Assembly (NCBI GenBank): GCA_039189765.1
Contig: JBCCYL010000001.1
Span: 1 to 64,000, forward strand
Source: Cyanobacteria bacterium P01_F01_bin.150
Lineage (GTDB): Bacteria; Cyanobacteriota; Cyanobacteriia; CAKZMO01
DNA length: 64,000 nt
Reading direction: 5' to 3'
Shown: positions 1 through 10,000 of the stretch, piece after piece
Position numbering within the stretch: position 1 is the stretch's first letter
Layout: each line of letters opens with the position of its first letter
Notes under the pieces: generated by a model
What the model was told of the DNA's origin: nothing
Databases searched by the model: none
The model's input: the letters and a program-made list of their open reading frames with translations, nothing else
Translations under genes and position numbers: made by a program

Positions 1-2021
1 GTCCACTCCACCGTCAATAATCCATCCATCCACGGCAGTTTCACCATGCTGACGCCCCAGGGCAATCGGGTCAGCAACACATCGATCGCCATCTGTTCTA
101 CCCGCAACGTCCAGTTTTGCTCCCCCGTATGAGTCAACTTCCCTTGCCGTTGCAAAAACCCTTCCCGCAATCCATCTGGACTCGCACTTTTTAAGGCTTG
201 CCAATAATCAATGACGGTTTGTAATAAATTTTCTCCTTCCTCAAGGGCAGCGTCGGACAGGGCAATATCTGGGATCATTGCCTCATTTAGAGGCCAGCCA
301 CATAACAACTTTGGCAACACCAATTCATACTCCGGGACACCTGTTTGCCCTGTTACCAGATAATGCAATAGATAAATCGCCGTTTGTTGGGCCGTCTCGT
401 CACAAAAAACATCTTTCTCTATGAGGCCGACTGCCCGGAAATAGGTCGTCAGAAATGGGTGGAGCAGGACTAATCCGGCCTGATTGATATAAATACCACT
501 CGATTCTTCTTCCGCAGATAGAAGAACAGAACTGCTACCAGATGGGCGATCGCCACCCCAATGACCCAACCCAGGGAAGGGGAGGTTTGAACCACTGTTA
601 GGGGACGCGATCGCTCCCTTTTCTGCCGTATCGGGACCACTCTTGATGGACGACTCAACCGCCCAAGCGTCAGGGGATGCGATCGCTCCATCCTCTTCAA
701 TACTGGTTCCATCGCCAGGAGATGGCTCAGTGACTCCATCAGATGATTCTGTTACATCACGGGGGATTGAGGGCGGCAGCGTGGCAGGCAAATTGGGAGG
801 GCGATCGCGCCCTTGAGTTGAAATGCCGTCTTGATCAAAGGGGTGATCGATGGACTGGCCAGGTTCCTGGCTTAGATTGGGGGACGCTTCAGTGTGTGGA
901 TCGACCTCAAGGTTGGGATTAGCCGGGGCAGCAGGCGAAGGCGTAACGGGGGGCGTTGCTGGAGGAGCAGTGGAGCTCAACCCCTGTTCAATCGCTGTTT
1001 GCCATAGTCTGCGCTCGGTGGCAGGAAGCTTCGCTAGCGCCCGATAGAGTTGGGGATAAGCCCTTTGGGCTGAAGTCTTGCCCGATCCAGGCTTTGGTTG
1101 GAATTGCCAGGTCTGTCGTACCGTAGACAACCAGCGACGCATCCAGGCAGATGGTGGGAAAGAGGCAGTAGATTGCCCCATCGGTTTTTGAAGGAGGAGA
1201 TCCAGCCAGTGCCCCATCCACCTGAGGGTTGGAAAAGATACCGCAGAGGATTGTCCGGGGGGTAGCTCCTCCAACAAGAGATAGATCGCAGCCCGGTCTA
1301 ACATCGCTTGAGTGGATGTATCCAGACCCAGTGCTTGGGTTAGTTGATGGACCTGAGTCAATAGTCTCAAACACTCTGGTCCAGTGGGATGCAGATAACG
1401 AATAAGCTGGTGACAAAAATCTTTGGGAAACTGGGCAATTAAGCGGCGTTGGGCCACGGGATGGGTCGCTAAAAGCTGCCGCAGGGGCTGCTGCCAGCTT
1501 GACGTATTGACTATAACCGATCGCCACTGGTCTAACCAGGTGTGCCAATCAGTCTCCATTTGCCACCAGGGCAGGCGACCATACCGTAAAAAATAGAGCA
1601 GCAATTCCCCAGCAGCACCGACCTGACTTTGGCGAACTAGCGCCGTATCGGCAGACTGCCCCCCCTGCTCCCTTTGCCTCCCCTGCTCCCCCTGCTCTCT
1701 CTGCCCCCCTTGGGCCTGTCGCTGGAGCTGGGCTTGGAGAATGCGATCGCTCAATGTTTCCCTTACTGCTTTCACCAGCGCTGGCGCAAATTCTTGCTCA
1801 AGGGAATGGGGTGCGATCGCCCCCAGATCAACCTCCACCTGATCCAGGCGAATCACCTCATCCTCTCCCACCAACTCATTAAATACAGGCTCCAGGTCGG
1901 TTACAATCTGCTGTTGAAGCAACCGACTGAGCGTTTCCTGGAGGTCCCACACGTCCGCCAGGGTTCCGGAGTCAAGCTCCAGAACCGTTCGGCCAATAAT
2001 GTGATGTTGTTGATAACTCAT
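1..2021 (-). CDS. Contractile injection system tape-measure protein (Afp14/Cis14-like); stop codon lies just outside the window
   Basis: Absent from the ORF track. Manual translation from ATG at 2021 (MSYQQHHIIGRTVLELD...) stays open to base 3. The C-terminus IYINQAGLVLLHPFL...ELVLPKLLCGWP...LREGFLQRQGKL...IDVLLTRLPWGVSMVKLPWMDGLLTVEW matches the CIS tape-measure domain as I recall it, and the gene is the last one of the CIS operon visible here. Confidence 0.85.
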   Translation of the reverse strand, partial: MSYQQHHIIGRTVLELDSGTLADVWDLQETLSRLLQQQIVTDLEPVFNELVGEDEVIRLDQVEVDLGAIAPHSLEQEFAPALVKAVRETLSDRILQAQLQRQAQGGQREQGEQGRQREQGGQSADTALVRQSQVGAAGELLLYFLRYGRLPWWQMETDWHTWLDQWRSVIVNTSSWQQPLRQLLATHPVAQRRLIAQFPKDFCHQLIRYLHPTGPECLRLLTQVHQLTQALGLDTSTQAMLDRAAIYLLLEELPPGQSSAVSFPTLRWMGHWLDLLLQKPMGQSTASFPPSAWMRRWLSTVRQTWQFQPKPGSGKTSAQRAYPQLYRALAKLPATERRLWQTAIEQGLSSTAPPATPPVTPSPAAPANPNLEVDPHTEASPNLSQEPGQSIDHPFDQDGISTQGRDRPPNLPATLPPSIPRDVTESSDGVTEPSPGDGTSIEEDGAIASPDAWAVESSIKSGPDTAEKGAIASPNSGSNLPFPGLGHWGGDRPSGSSSVLLSAEEESSGIYINQAGLVLLHPFLTTYFRAVGLIEKDVFCDETAQQTAIYLLHYLVTGQTGVPEYELVLPKLLCGWPLNEAMIPDIALSDAALEEGENLLQTVIDYWQALKSASPDGLREGFLQRQGKLTHTGEQNWTLRVEQMAIDVLLTRLPWGVSMVKLPWMDGLLTVEW

Positions 2022-2064
2022 GGGAGACTCCCTGGGGACAGTGAACTACATACTGGTCGTTACT

Positions 2065-5000
2065 CTATCTAACGTGGTCAATAACATTCGATGGGTTAAT
2101 GGATGTGGGGGTTTGGGAGCGATTAGACTCGGTTCCTGTCCAAACCCAAATAAGAACGGTGGCGATCGCGCCGAATGCCGTTGTCCAGAGGATTTGAGTA
2201 TTTTTCCTTCGCTTTAACCTATCGAGTTCTGTCGGAATGTCTGACGATAGTAGGTCCAGACGATGGCTGGCGATAAATCCTTTAGACCGTGATGGCCAAG
2301 ACCGCATCATGCGCTGACGAAGGCGATCAACAGTAGGCGCCTCGGCATGGTCTATTGGCAAGGGTTTAATTGGTTGCTTGAACGTGGACGGAGATTTTAG
2401 AGATGGACGGCGACCTAAACTGAGTGATGCACTGGCTAAAGGTTCTGGATTATCTTCTGACTCTGGGATTCTGACTACATCACCGGGGATGTCAATCAAG
2501 ACATCGTCTAACGACAGATTAGGGTTATCAGCGTTTTCTGGAGATGGAGTTGGGGGATTTTCTGGTTGGGAATCAGGATCGTCAGGCCCATCACCAGGCA
2601 CTGTCACTATGACTTCTTTTTCTGACTCATTCGTACATCCCTCAAGGGTGATTTGATATTTTAAGGTGATTGTTTTTGTTTGTCCCTCTGTATTGTCATT
2701 ATTGTCATTGCCCGTATTTTCATTGTCCATAACCACTCGTCTGGGATGGAATCTGTGGGGCCTGCGGGTAATCACATTCCGGCCATCACGATCAGTCAAT
2801 ATCTCAGTGTCACCATCAAAGGCTCTAAAAGTTCCGCCATAGACATTAGGAATTAAAGAGATGGGAGGATCATTAGTCAAGAACTCCGTTTTATTGGATT
2901 CTCCTACTTGGAACCTTGCATCCGGTCTATCAATGACGGTGACCTGCTGTCGGGTGCTATTGACACAACCGTTGGCATTCCGAATAGTGTAGGTAAACGT
3001 AACTTGAACCCGTGGTTGATTGTTTAGGGGCACTCGTCTAGGAAAGAAACGAGTTTGATTACCCTCGCTTTCAATAACATTACTAGGAATATCAGCAGTG
3101 CCACTTACCGTGACCTTAAATTCTCCACCTGGGCTATTGGGGGTCAACGGGACAAAACCACGACGATTGCTGCAAAACGTAGAGGAGTTATTTTCATCTC
3201 CGATGCGAAATGCAGCATTCGGCAGTGCCAAAATAACCAACGGCCTGGTAATTTCGTTGGTGCAGCCGTCCGTGTCCGTGACGCTGTATTCCACCTCAAT
3301 CGTTTTATTGTCGGTTCCTTCTAAATTGAACGCGCTAGGCCGGAGGCGATCGCCCCGCAGCATCCGCCCGGAGATATCTTGATTGCCGTCTAACACCCGA
3401 AAGACGCCATTAGCAGGCGTTCCAATTAGATTAATATTGGCCGCGTTGGCGCAGGCACTAAAAGCCCCATTACTGCTACTGTCATTTTCTCCAAAGCGAA
3501 AGCTCACTGAGGGCTGAGCATGGATCGTTACCGTTCGGGTTGTCTCCCCTGTGCAGGTGCCTTGGTCATTGCTGATCCGATGGCGAAGGGTAATCGTCCT
3601 TTCATCCGCATCCCCCAACATCATCTGACTGGGCCGAAACAATCGATTATTTTCAACGACCTCCGCTATCGTATTGTTCTCTTCGTCCAAAGCCGTAAAG
3701 ATGCCTCTACCAAAACAGGGAATCAAAGCCAAATCGCGATCGGTGATGCAAAAGTCGGTGCGATCTGTTTTGCCAATTAGGAAACTAGTGTCGGGCTTGG
3801 GGCTAACCAGAACTACAAGGGAACTTTCATTGCCATCGACGGCATAGGTAAAGGCGATCGCCACATCATGTTGGAGATCGGGCGAGACGCGATCGGGCTG
3901 GAAATAATATTTACCGTTCGCAAAAAAGCTGCCTTCTCCCTTAAGCTGACCGTTGGCAGGATAGAGCAGAAATTCGTAAGCGTCCCTATCATCCGCACAG
4001 AAGGTTGTTTTCGTTAGCAATACAACAGGCGGTAATCCAAGGGAGGAATCAGACGGATTAGCCACAAGGACTTGGCGACCTAAACGGTAGGGCAAGCAGT
4101 AATCCGCCACCACAATATTGGTCCACTCTATATAGTCGTCCTCGATCTGAGTCAGCTCATCAGGAGTGCCAGAGGGTAAGATTGATTTTGTTGTGATAGT
4201 CGTCACTCGACTTTGATAGTCAGGACTGCTGCGAACAGCGACCAAACGATTGGCCAATGACCGATCGTCGGCATAGGCCAAAATAAAGGTCCCCCCTCTG
4301 GGCACTCCCCCCAAATGTTCCATGCCGGGATGGTTCTGGGAAAATTGATCCAAAAACTGGGGAGATATCACCTCTCCCAAATAGGTCTGGTAGGCTTCAA
4401 CCCGTTCTACCAAGCGAAAGGCATGGATATAATCCAAAGCAACCAAATGATTTCCCATCTGGAACGGCAAATTCTGATCGTCAACATAGCCATCGTCAAT
4501 ATCCCTCAGTAGCCCATACAGGGTTTCATAATTCTGGAAAGCGGCCTGTTCTATCCGGGGATTCTCCTCTGGGTTTGCTACGGTAAACGCGTTTTGGGAA
4601 ACGATAATAACAGTAACGTTGGACGCATTGCTGGAATCCCCAACAGCGAAAGACAGCGGCTTGCGTAACGTTAGAGTCACGGAAAAATCGTTGGATGTCC
4701 CAGACCTGTCCACACCATAAACAACCTGGTCCGCAATCAAAGCAGCGTTTATTAACGTGCGAATACGTTTTTTTTCGTCCTCTAACGCTTCCCCCTGGAA
4801 TGCAGACAGATTAAGCTGTTCAATCCTAGACTCATTCCCTTTTTGAAACACAACTCGTGCCAACGGGGGGGCCTCTTTCGCTTCACGAATAACCAGGCCG
4901 TAGCGTCCTGGCTGACCGGCTACTGAATTAAAGCCATAGACTTCTTCGGTGCTATCGGCACGCGCAGCGGCTAGCACTGGGTTATAGAGTTGGTTAAGGG

Positions 5001-7059
5001 CGATATCAGAATACTTGGGCGGATCAAAGAAAGCCTGCTTTAGGGTAACAAGAAACACATTCTTGGACCAATCGTCTTTATCCTCTAGGGAGTCTTCGGT
5101 TGAGGACTCCTGGGTATTAAGGGTCCAGAGGGTCTGGAAAATTTGCTTGACGCCGTCAAAGTCCTGTTGAATCGCTTCTGATCGTTCGCCTTGATCGAGG
5201 TTATCCAAGATATCGCCATCATCGGGGTCGGAGATATCGCCAATTTTGAGGGCAATAATATCGAAGGCCAAGTTCCACTGGTCTCGATAGTCTCGCAACT
5301 GCTTGAGCATGGTGGATTTATCTTTGCCGAGGTGACCTTCAATGCGGTAGACGCTGTAGGCATCTAGGCGATAGCGCAGATCATCGCGGGAGGCAGGACG
5401 TTTTGTCGCCTCTATATTGGGCAAAAAGTAGGCAGGCTGATGGGCGCTTAGCCCTTTGCGATCGGCGTCATAGTTCCAGGTGTTGTACAAATTGGCGTAG
5501 TTTAGGTAGTAGGGCAGGGCCTGCTGACTTAGGGGAAAAGCGCGATCGCGACTGGGGGTAATCTGGACGGGTGCGGCATAAAACGGCAGGGGCGCAAAAC
5601 TCTCTGCCGCACAGAGGCGCACCAGGCGATGGTATAAAGAACGCACTTGTCGGCGTCGCTGGTGGTTTTGGTTATAGAGCGGCGGCTGGACAAAGTGACT
5701 GCGATAGGGATCGCTGGGGTCACTCAAAGGCAGGGAGGAATCGCTGGAAGAATCATCAGGGGCATTACCAGAGGACGATCCTGGAATCTGACCCAGCATC
5801 AAAAATTTGGGAAAGCGGCGAATATCCGGCAGACAGTCGTCCATTAAATCAAAGGCCGCATGGATCAGTTCCTCATAGGCCGTAGCAATCTGGCCCAGAT
5901 AGTCAAAGAAATATTGAATCGTGTACTGAGCTTCAAAGGAATCGGTCGATAGAATGTCCTGGAGACGAGTGTTGAGGCGATCGCCCACTCCAGCTAAAGC
6001 ACTAGGGTCCGGGTTAAAGGAGGAGAAAAAGGGTGAAAAGACCTTCACTGTCTGGGGTAAGACCTGACCCATTTGAGCAATGGTCTGCTCACACAGCACT
6101 CGATAGCGGTCTATAAACGTATCGTAGTTGTTAATTTCGGCAAGGGGGCCAATGGCGCTAGACTCGGTACTGGTGCTGGTGCTGGTGCTGGTGCTGGTGC
6201 TAGTGCTAGTGCTGACAGGGGGATTAACAATCGCCGCAACGGCTGCATCATCATAGCCAAACCGGGGCACTTGAATTCGATGAGCCTGGAAGAAAGAGTG
6301 ACGACTTTGAAAAATATCTTTGACCAATTCATCGGTCCAGGGCGCGGGAAGTGCTTCGGGCGCATAGCCGTTTTGTAACAGGATGTCTGCACTGATGCTA
6401 TTGGCGGCTGCATTGGTGATTGGCAATAGGATATAGCGCAGTTTGAATGTGCGATCGCGCCCCAAATCATCACAATCCAACAGGCAGGTATCCCGTGGGG
6501 CATCATCCAGCTCACACACAATAAGCAGAATATGCTGCCCTAAAAACGCTTGAAAGGCTTCTTTACTTTCGGTTGCGCCAATCTTAGTGAGCGGCTGGGG
6601 ATTGGTGCTGCTGTTGTCATTCTCAAAAAGTTCAATCACAGAGTACGAGACTGGAGCCTCCGCTACGGTCGTCCCCGAGAGGCCGGAGTCTGCTGATGAA
6701 GGGGGCGCAGAACTATCCGATGTTGAGGTATCGGTGGTCTGGAAAAGAGTAGCGGCAACGGCTTGGGTTTGAAAATGGGTCAGGGTGACGGTTTGGGGTA
6801 AGGACACCCCATAGCCCTCGGAGGTCATCCCTGAACCGGGGGCTATGGTAATGGTTGCCGTAGGGGGGGAGCCGGACTGGAAAGTAGCGGTGGGAATTAA
6901 GCCACAGGCAATGCCCATGCCCATAAAATGATTGCGACTCAGACGATTTTGGCGCTCCAAATAGGACACCATCCGGTTTAGGTCTTGATCGGAGAGGACC
7001 TGATTAGGCGAAAATAGGGGATAGCTATCAGTGGTGGTTAGAGTAAGGGTATTAATCAT
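2065..7059 (-). CDS. Large CIS crown/tail-fibre-like protein (Cis19/Alg19-like) with tandem Ig/PKD-like repeats and a C-terminal TM helix
   Basis: 1664 aa. N-terminal FSPNQVL..DLNRMVSYLERQNRLSR..GMGIACGL motif; HPGMEHLGGVPRGGTFIL; about 5 beta-rich repeats (FC...L.P..G.F...C.N...V.V..P...F); hydrophobic ILWTTAFGAIATVLIWVWTG near the end. Lies between the baseplate and tape-measure genes. Confidence 0.7.
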   Translation of the reverse strand: MINTLTLTTTDSYPLFSPNQVLSDQDLNRMVSYLERQNRLSRNHFMGMGIACGLIPTATFQSGSPPTATITIAPGSGMTSEGYGVSLPQTVTLTHFQTQAVAATLFQTTDTSTSDSSAPPSSADSGLSGTTVAEAPVSYSVIELFENDNSSTNPQPLTKIGATESKEAFQAFLGQHILLIVCELDDAPRDTCLLDCDDLGRDRTFKLRYILLPITNAAANSISADILLQNGYAPEALPAPWTDELVKDIFQSRHSFFQAHRIQVPRFGYDDAAVAAIVNPPVSTSTSTSTSTSTSTSTESSAIGPLAEINNYDTFIDRYRVLCEQTIAQMGQVLPQTVKVFSPFFSSFNPDPSALAGVGDRLNTRLQDILSTDSFEAQYTIQYFFDYLGQIATAYEELIHAAFDLMDDCLPDIRRFPKFLMLGQIPGSSSGNAPDDSSSDSSLPLSDPSDPYRSHFVQPPLYNQNHQRRRQVRSLYHRLVRLCAAESFAPLPFYAAPVQITPSRDRAFPLSQQALPYYLNYANLYNTWNYDADRKGLSAHQPAYFLPNIEATKRPASRDDLRYRLDAYSVYRIEGHLGKDKSTMLKQLRDYRDQWNLAFDIIALKIGDISDPDDGDILDNLDQGERSEAIQQDFDGVKQIFQTLWTLNTQESSTEDSLEDKDDWSKNVFLVTLKQAFFDPPKYSDIALNQLYNPVLAAARADSTEEVYGFNSVAGQPGRYGLVIREAKEAPPLARVVFQKGNESRIEQLNLSAFQGEALEDEKKRIRTLINAALIADQVVYGVDRSGTSNDFSVTLTLRKPLSFAVGDSSNASNVTVIIVSQNAFTVANPEENPRIEQAAFQNYETLYGLLRDIDDGYVDDQNLPFQMGNHLVALDYIHAFRLVERVEAYQTYLGEVISPQFLDQFSQNHPGMEHLGGVPRGGTFILAYADDRSLANRLVAVRSSPDYQSRVTTITTKSILPSGTPDELTQIEDDYIEWTNIVVADYCLPYRLGRQVLVANPSDSSLGLPPVVLLTKTTFCADDRDAYEFLLYPANGQLKGEGSFFANGKYYFQPDRVSPDLQHDVAIAFTYAVDGNESSLVVLVSPKPDTSFLIGKTDRTDFCITDRDLALIPCFGRGIFTALDEENNTIAEVVENNRLFRPSQMMLGDADERTITLRHRISNDQGTCTGETTRTVTIHAQPSVSFRFGENDSSSNGAFSACANAANINLIGTPANGVFRVLDGNQDISGRMLRGDRLRPSAFNLEGTDNKTIEVEYSVTDTDGCTNEITRPLVILALPNAAFRIGDENNSSTFCSNRRGFVPLTPNSPGGEFKVTVSGTADIPSNVIESEGNQTRFFPRRVPLNNQPRVQVTFTYTIRNANGCVNSTRQQVTVIDRPDARFQVGESNKTEFLTNDPPISLIPNVYGGTFRAFDGDTEILTDRDGRNVITRRPHRFHPRRVVMDNENTGNDNNDNTEGQTKTITLKYQITLEGCTNESEKEVIVTVPGDGPDDPDSQPENPPTPSPENADNPNLSLDDVLIDIPGDVVRIPESEDNPEPLASASLSLGRRPSLKSPSTFKQPIKPLPIDHAEAPTVDRLRQRMMRSWPSRSKGFIASHRLDLLSSDIPTELDRLKRRKNTQILWTTAFGAIATVLIWVWTGTESNRSQTPTSINPSNVIDHVR

Positions 7060-10000
7060 TGGCAGTTCCTATGGCAGTCCGATTCAACAGGATGGGGGAA
7101 TCCCCAGGGCGATTTTGATCACAGTTGTGTAACGTTGCTTTGGGATACACATTTCGTAAGCGGGGCAGAATTTGAAGCAGTTGGTTTAACGAACGGGTCA
7201 AGTCACAGGCCGTTCCCTCACAGGTATACTGGGCCAGATTTTGCAGCCACGGTTGGTAAGCGGTCTGAAACTGGTGGAGTTGGTAGACGTTGACCCAGGC
7301 AATTTTTAGGGCAATATGGGCGGGGGCTTCCATACGTAGCGTCCGCTCCACAAAACGGCGAAAATCGACGTTGCGAAATCGTTTAGGCCAGTAGGGCAAA
7401 ACGATGGTCACCCAAAAGGAATAGGGGTCCTGACGAGCTAATCGATCGGGGTCTGTTACCGGGTATTGGCTATCGTTGGGTCTGACGATAATGGGTAAAA
7501 AGCCATCAAGCTCTTGGTCATGGGACGTCGGCGTTTCCCCTGTCTCTTCTCTCGTTATCTCTTCTCTCGTTATCTCTTCTCTCGTTAACTGGGGCAATAC
7601 GGCAGCAACAGGAGTCTCAGGCGTCTTGGCCGTTTCGGTCTGGGCGGTCTGGGCGCTATCCTCTTGGGCTAAGACAATCTGCTGACTTCGGGGTCGCAGC
7701 AAAATATGTTCCACAAGATAAAACCCTTCATCATTGACCCAGCGCTGCAAGTTGTCAATGGCGTCGGTGCTATCTTGCTCACAGCTAAAGTACCGTCGTG
7801 CCCAAATTTCATCCTTGCCTGCATTGGTCAGTTCCCAGCCGTATACCCCGTTCCCTCTAATGGTGCGGAAATTTTGCCGCTCTTGAATCAACTCCATCAG
7901 GGTATCCCCGTGTTTCCATCCGATATCTGGGTCAAGATATCCCCGTTGTCCTTCGAGCAATAGGGTGCCGTTAGCCCGAATCTGTCCCGTATAAAGAGGA
8001 ACTGGAGCTTCAGCCTCCGAAGAATTGGATTCCGAAGAATTATCTTCTGATGCATTCGCCTCCGAAGAATTAGGGGCTGAAGAATTAGGGACCGAAGAAT
8101 TAGGGGCCGAAGAATTAGCGTCTAAATTATTAGGGGCCGCTTTATCGACCGGGGTGTATATGGGCAAAACGTGGGTCAGGGGCTGGATGGCGATCGCATA
8201 CCGCGCTGTACGCACATGTATCAGGAGAGTTTCTAGGGCCGCATCCCTATCCTCTGCCGTGCCATAGGACTGGGCATTTTCGGCTACCGCACTGCCAGCA
8301 TTACGGGGCTGACTCAATAGCCGAAAGCCAAAGGTTTCTTGGTCTTGAATCGGACAAATGACTCCGGGTTCAAATAGCACCGCCAACACGTCCTGATAGA
8401 AGCGATCGCAGGCAGTCTCCTCGTCAGGATAGGTGTCTATACTTTGAAGCAAGATTGTGGATTCAGCTCCCGCTTGTTGATCTCCATCCGTTGGATCGTG
8501 TTGTTTTTGAATTCGCTCTAGCCGTACCTGATAGCGATACTGAGTGGTCGTCTCGGTCGTTTCCGATGACGGCTCAGGGAGGGCAAATGGAATCACCACT
8601 GCATCCTGCACGGGCACTTCAACGGCTTCAATATGCAAAAAGCACTCCAGATTGTTGAACTGTCTAAAAAGACGGTCCAAAGTCTCATCAGTACTTGATT
8701 CCATTAAGACCGTTCCATCCCCATCGGTAATGCCAATAGAAGGCTTTTCAGCGGACGCGGTGCGATCGCTATAACGACTGCGGTAGCGCAAACTCTCAGC
8801 GGCAGTTGTTGCAGCGTCCCATGCTGCTTGAGCCGTTGGATAGGCTTCGACACTGCAAAACTCGCCTTCAAGACTGTCCTCAGATTGAGCCGCAAGGTCC
8901 ACCAATTTAAATAACCACTTTCCTTCTTCCTCTAGGTCAGGCAATACTTGAAATTCAAACCGTTCTTGGTTGGCCTCAATGTGACAGAGCCATTGCTGTA
9001 GGGCCAAATCTCGCGCTGCCTTAGAACTAAAGCGATATGCACTATTAATAGATAAACCAAGGGTCCCCTTTAATGGTTCACCATCATGATCAATTAGGGA
9101 CGGTTCAGCAATGACCTCCCCCGCTGCATTTTTTAGGGCATAGCCATAGTATGGAAAGGCTTTAGGAACTTCGTTATTTTTCTGGGAACCATCATCCTCA
9201 AGTAACACTACCCCACAGTAGCGTTGCGGTTGGCAAATGGCGGTCAAGAGTTCATTCTGTAACGTTTCTCCTGCTGCATTGTTCGCCTCTGATTCAGACC
9301 CATAGGTTTGGCCGCTGATAAAGCGGATGGGTGCCGCTATGGTTATATTGCCCGCGTCAGAATTAGTGCCAGAATTAGCGTCAGAATTAGTGCCAAGGAG
9401 GGTATGGGGAATGATCAGTTGAATGTGCCATAAGTCGCCCGCTCTAATGGCGCTTAAGCTGATAGGTAAATCATTTTGAAGCTGTCCATCCTCCTGCTTT
9501 AAGGAAGCATTTAAATATGCCAAAAGCCGATTAAAGGTCTGCTGCCGCTCTAAACGTGAGGAGAAATAGCGATCATAGAGAAAAGCGATCGCCTCGCCTT
9601 CAATACTACAGCGCACCTCCAGACCATACTGATAGAAAGATTCGTAGGTCAGTCGGGCATAAAAACACTCATGGAGTAAGAACCGCAGCAGCTCCTCGCG
9701 GTGAGCCAATGCATCGGCTTTTGACTTATAGGCCGCAGTCACTAAAGACGGTCCTGATGCACTACAGCGAACGGATAGAACGGACCCCGATACGGGTTCA
9801 ACGTGATAGTGATTAAGGTCGCGACGACGACTATTTTGAATTCCTAAAAGGCTCGCCATCCGCCGTTGAAATCCCGACACGTTGTCCGTATTCCAAACAT
9901 CATTATTGTCACAGGCGCAGTAGTTAAAGGCGCGGAAGCGATCGTGACTTAATAGGGGATAGTTTCGGAAAAATCGCGTCTTTTCCTCGATGGTTTGCTG

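Noticed and set aside
470..1548. Track ORFs 470..739, 850..1047 and 988..1548
   Set aside because: They are shadows overlapping the long tape-measure frame (1..2021, minus strand).
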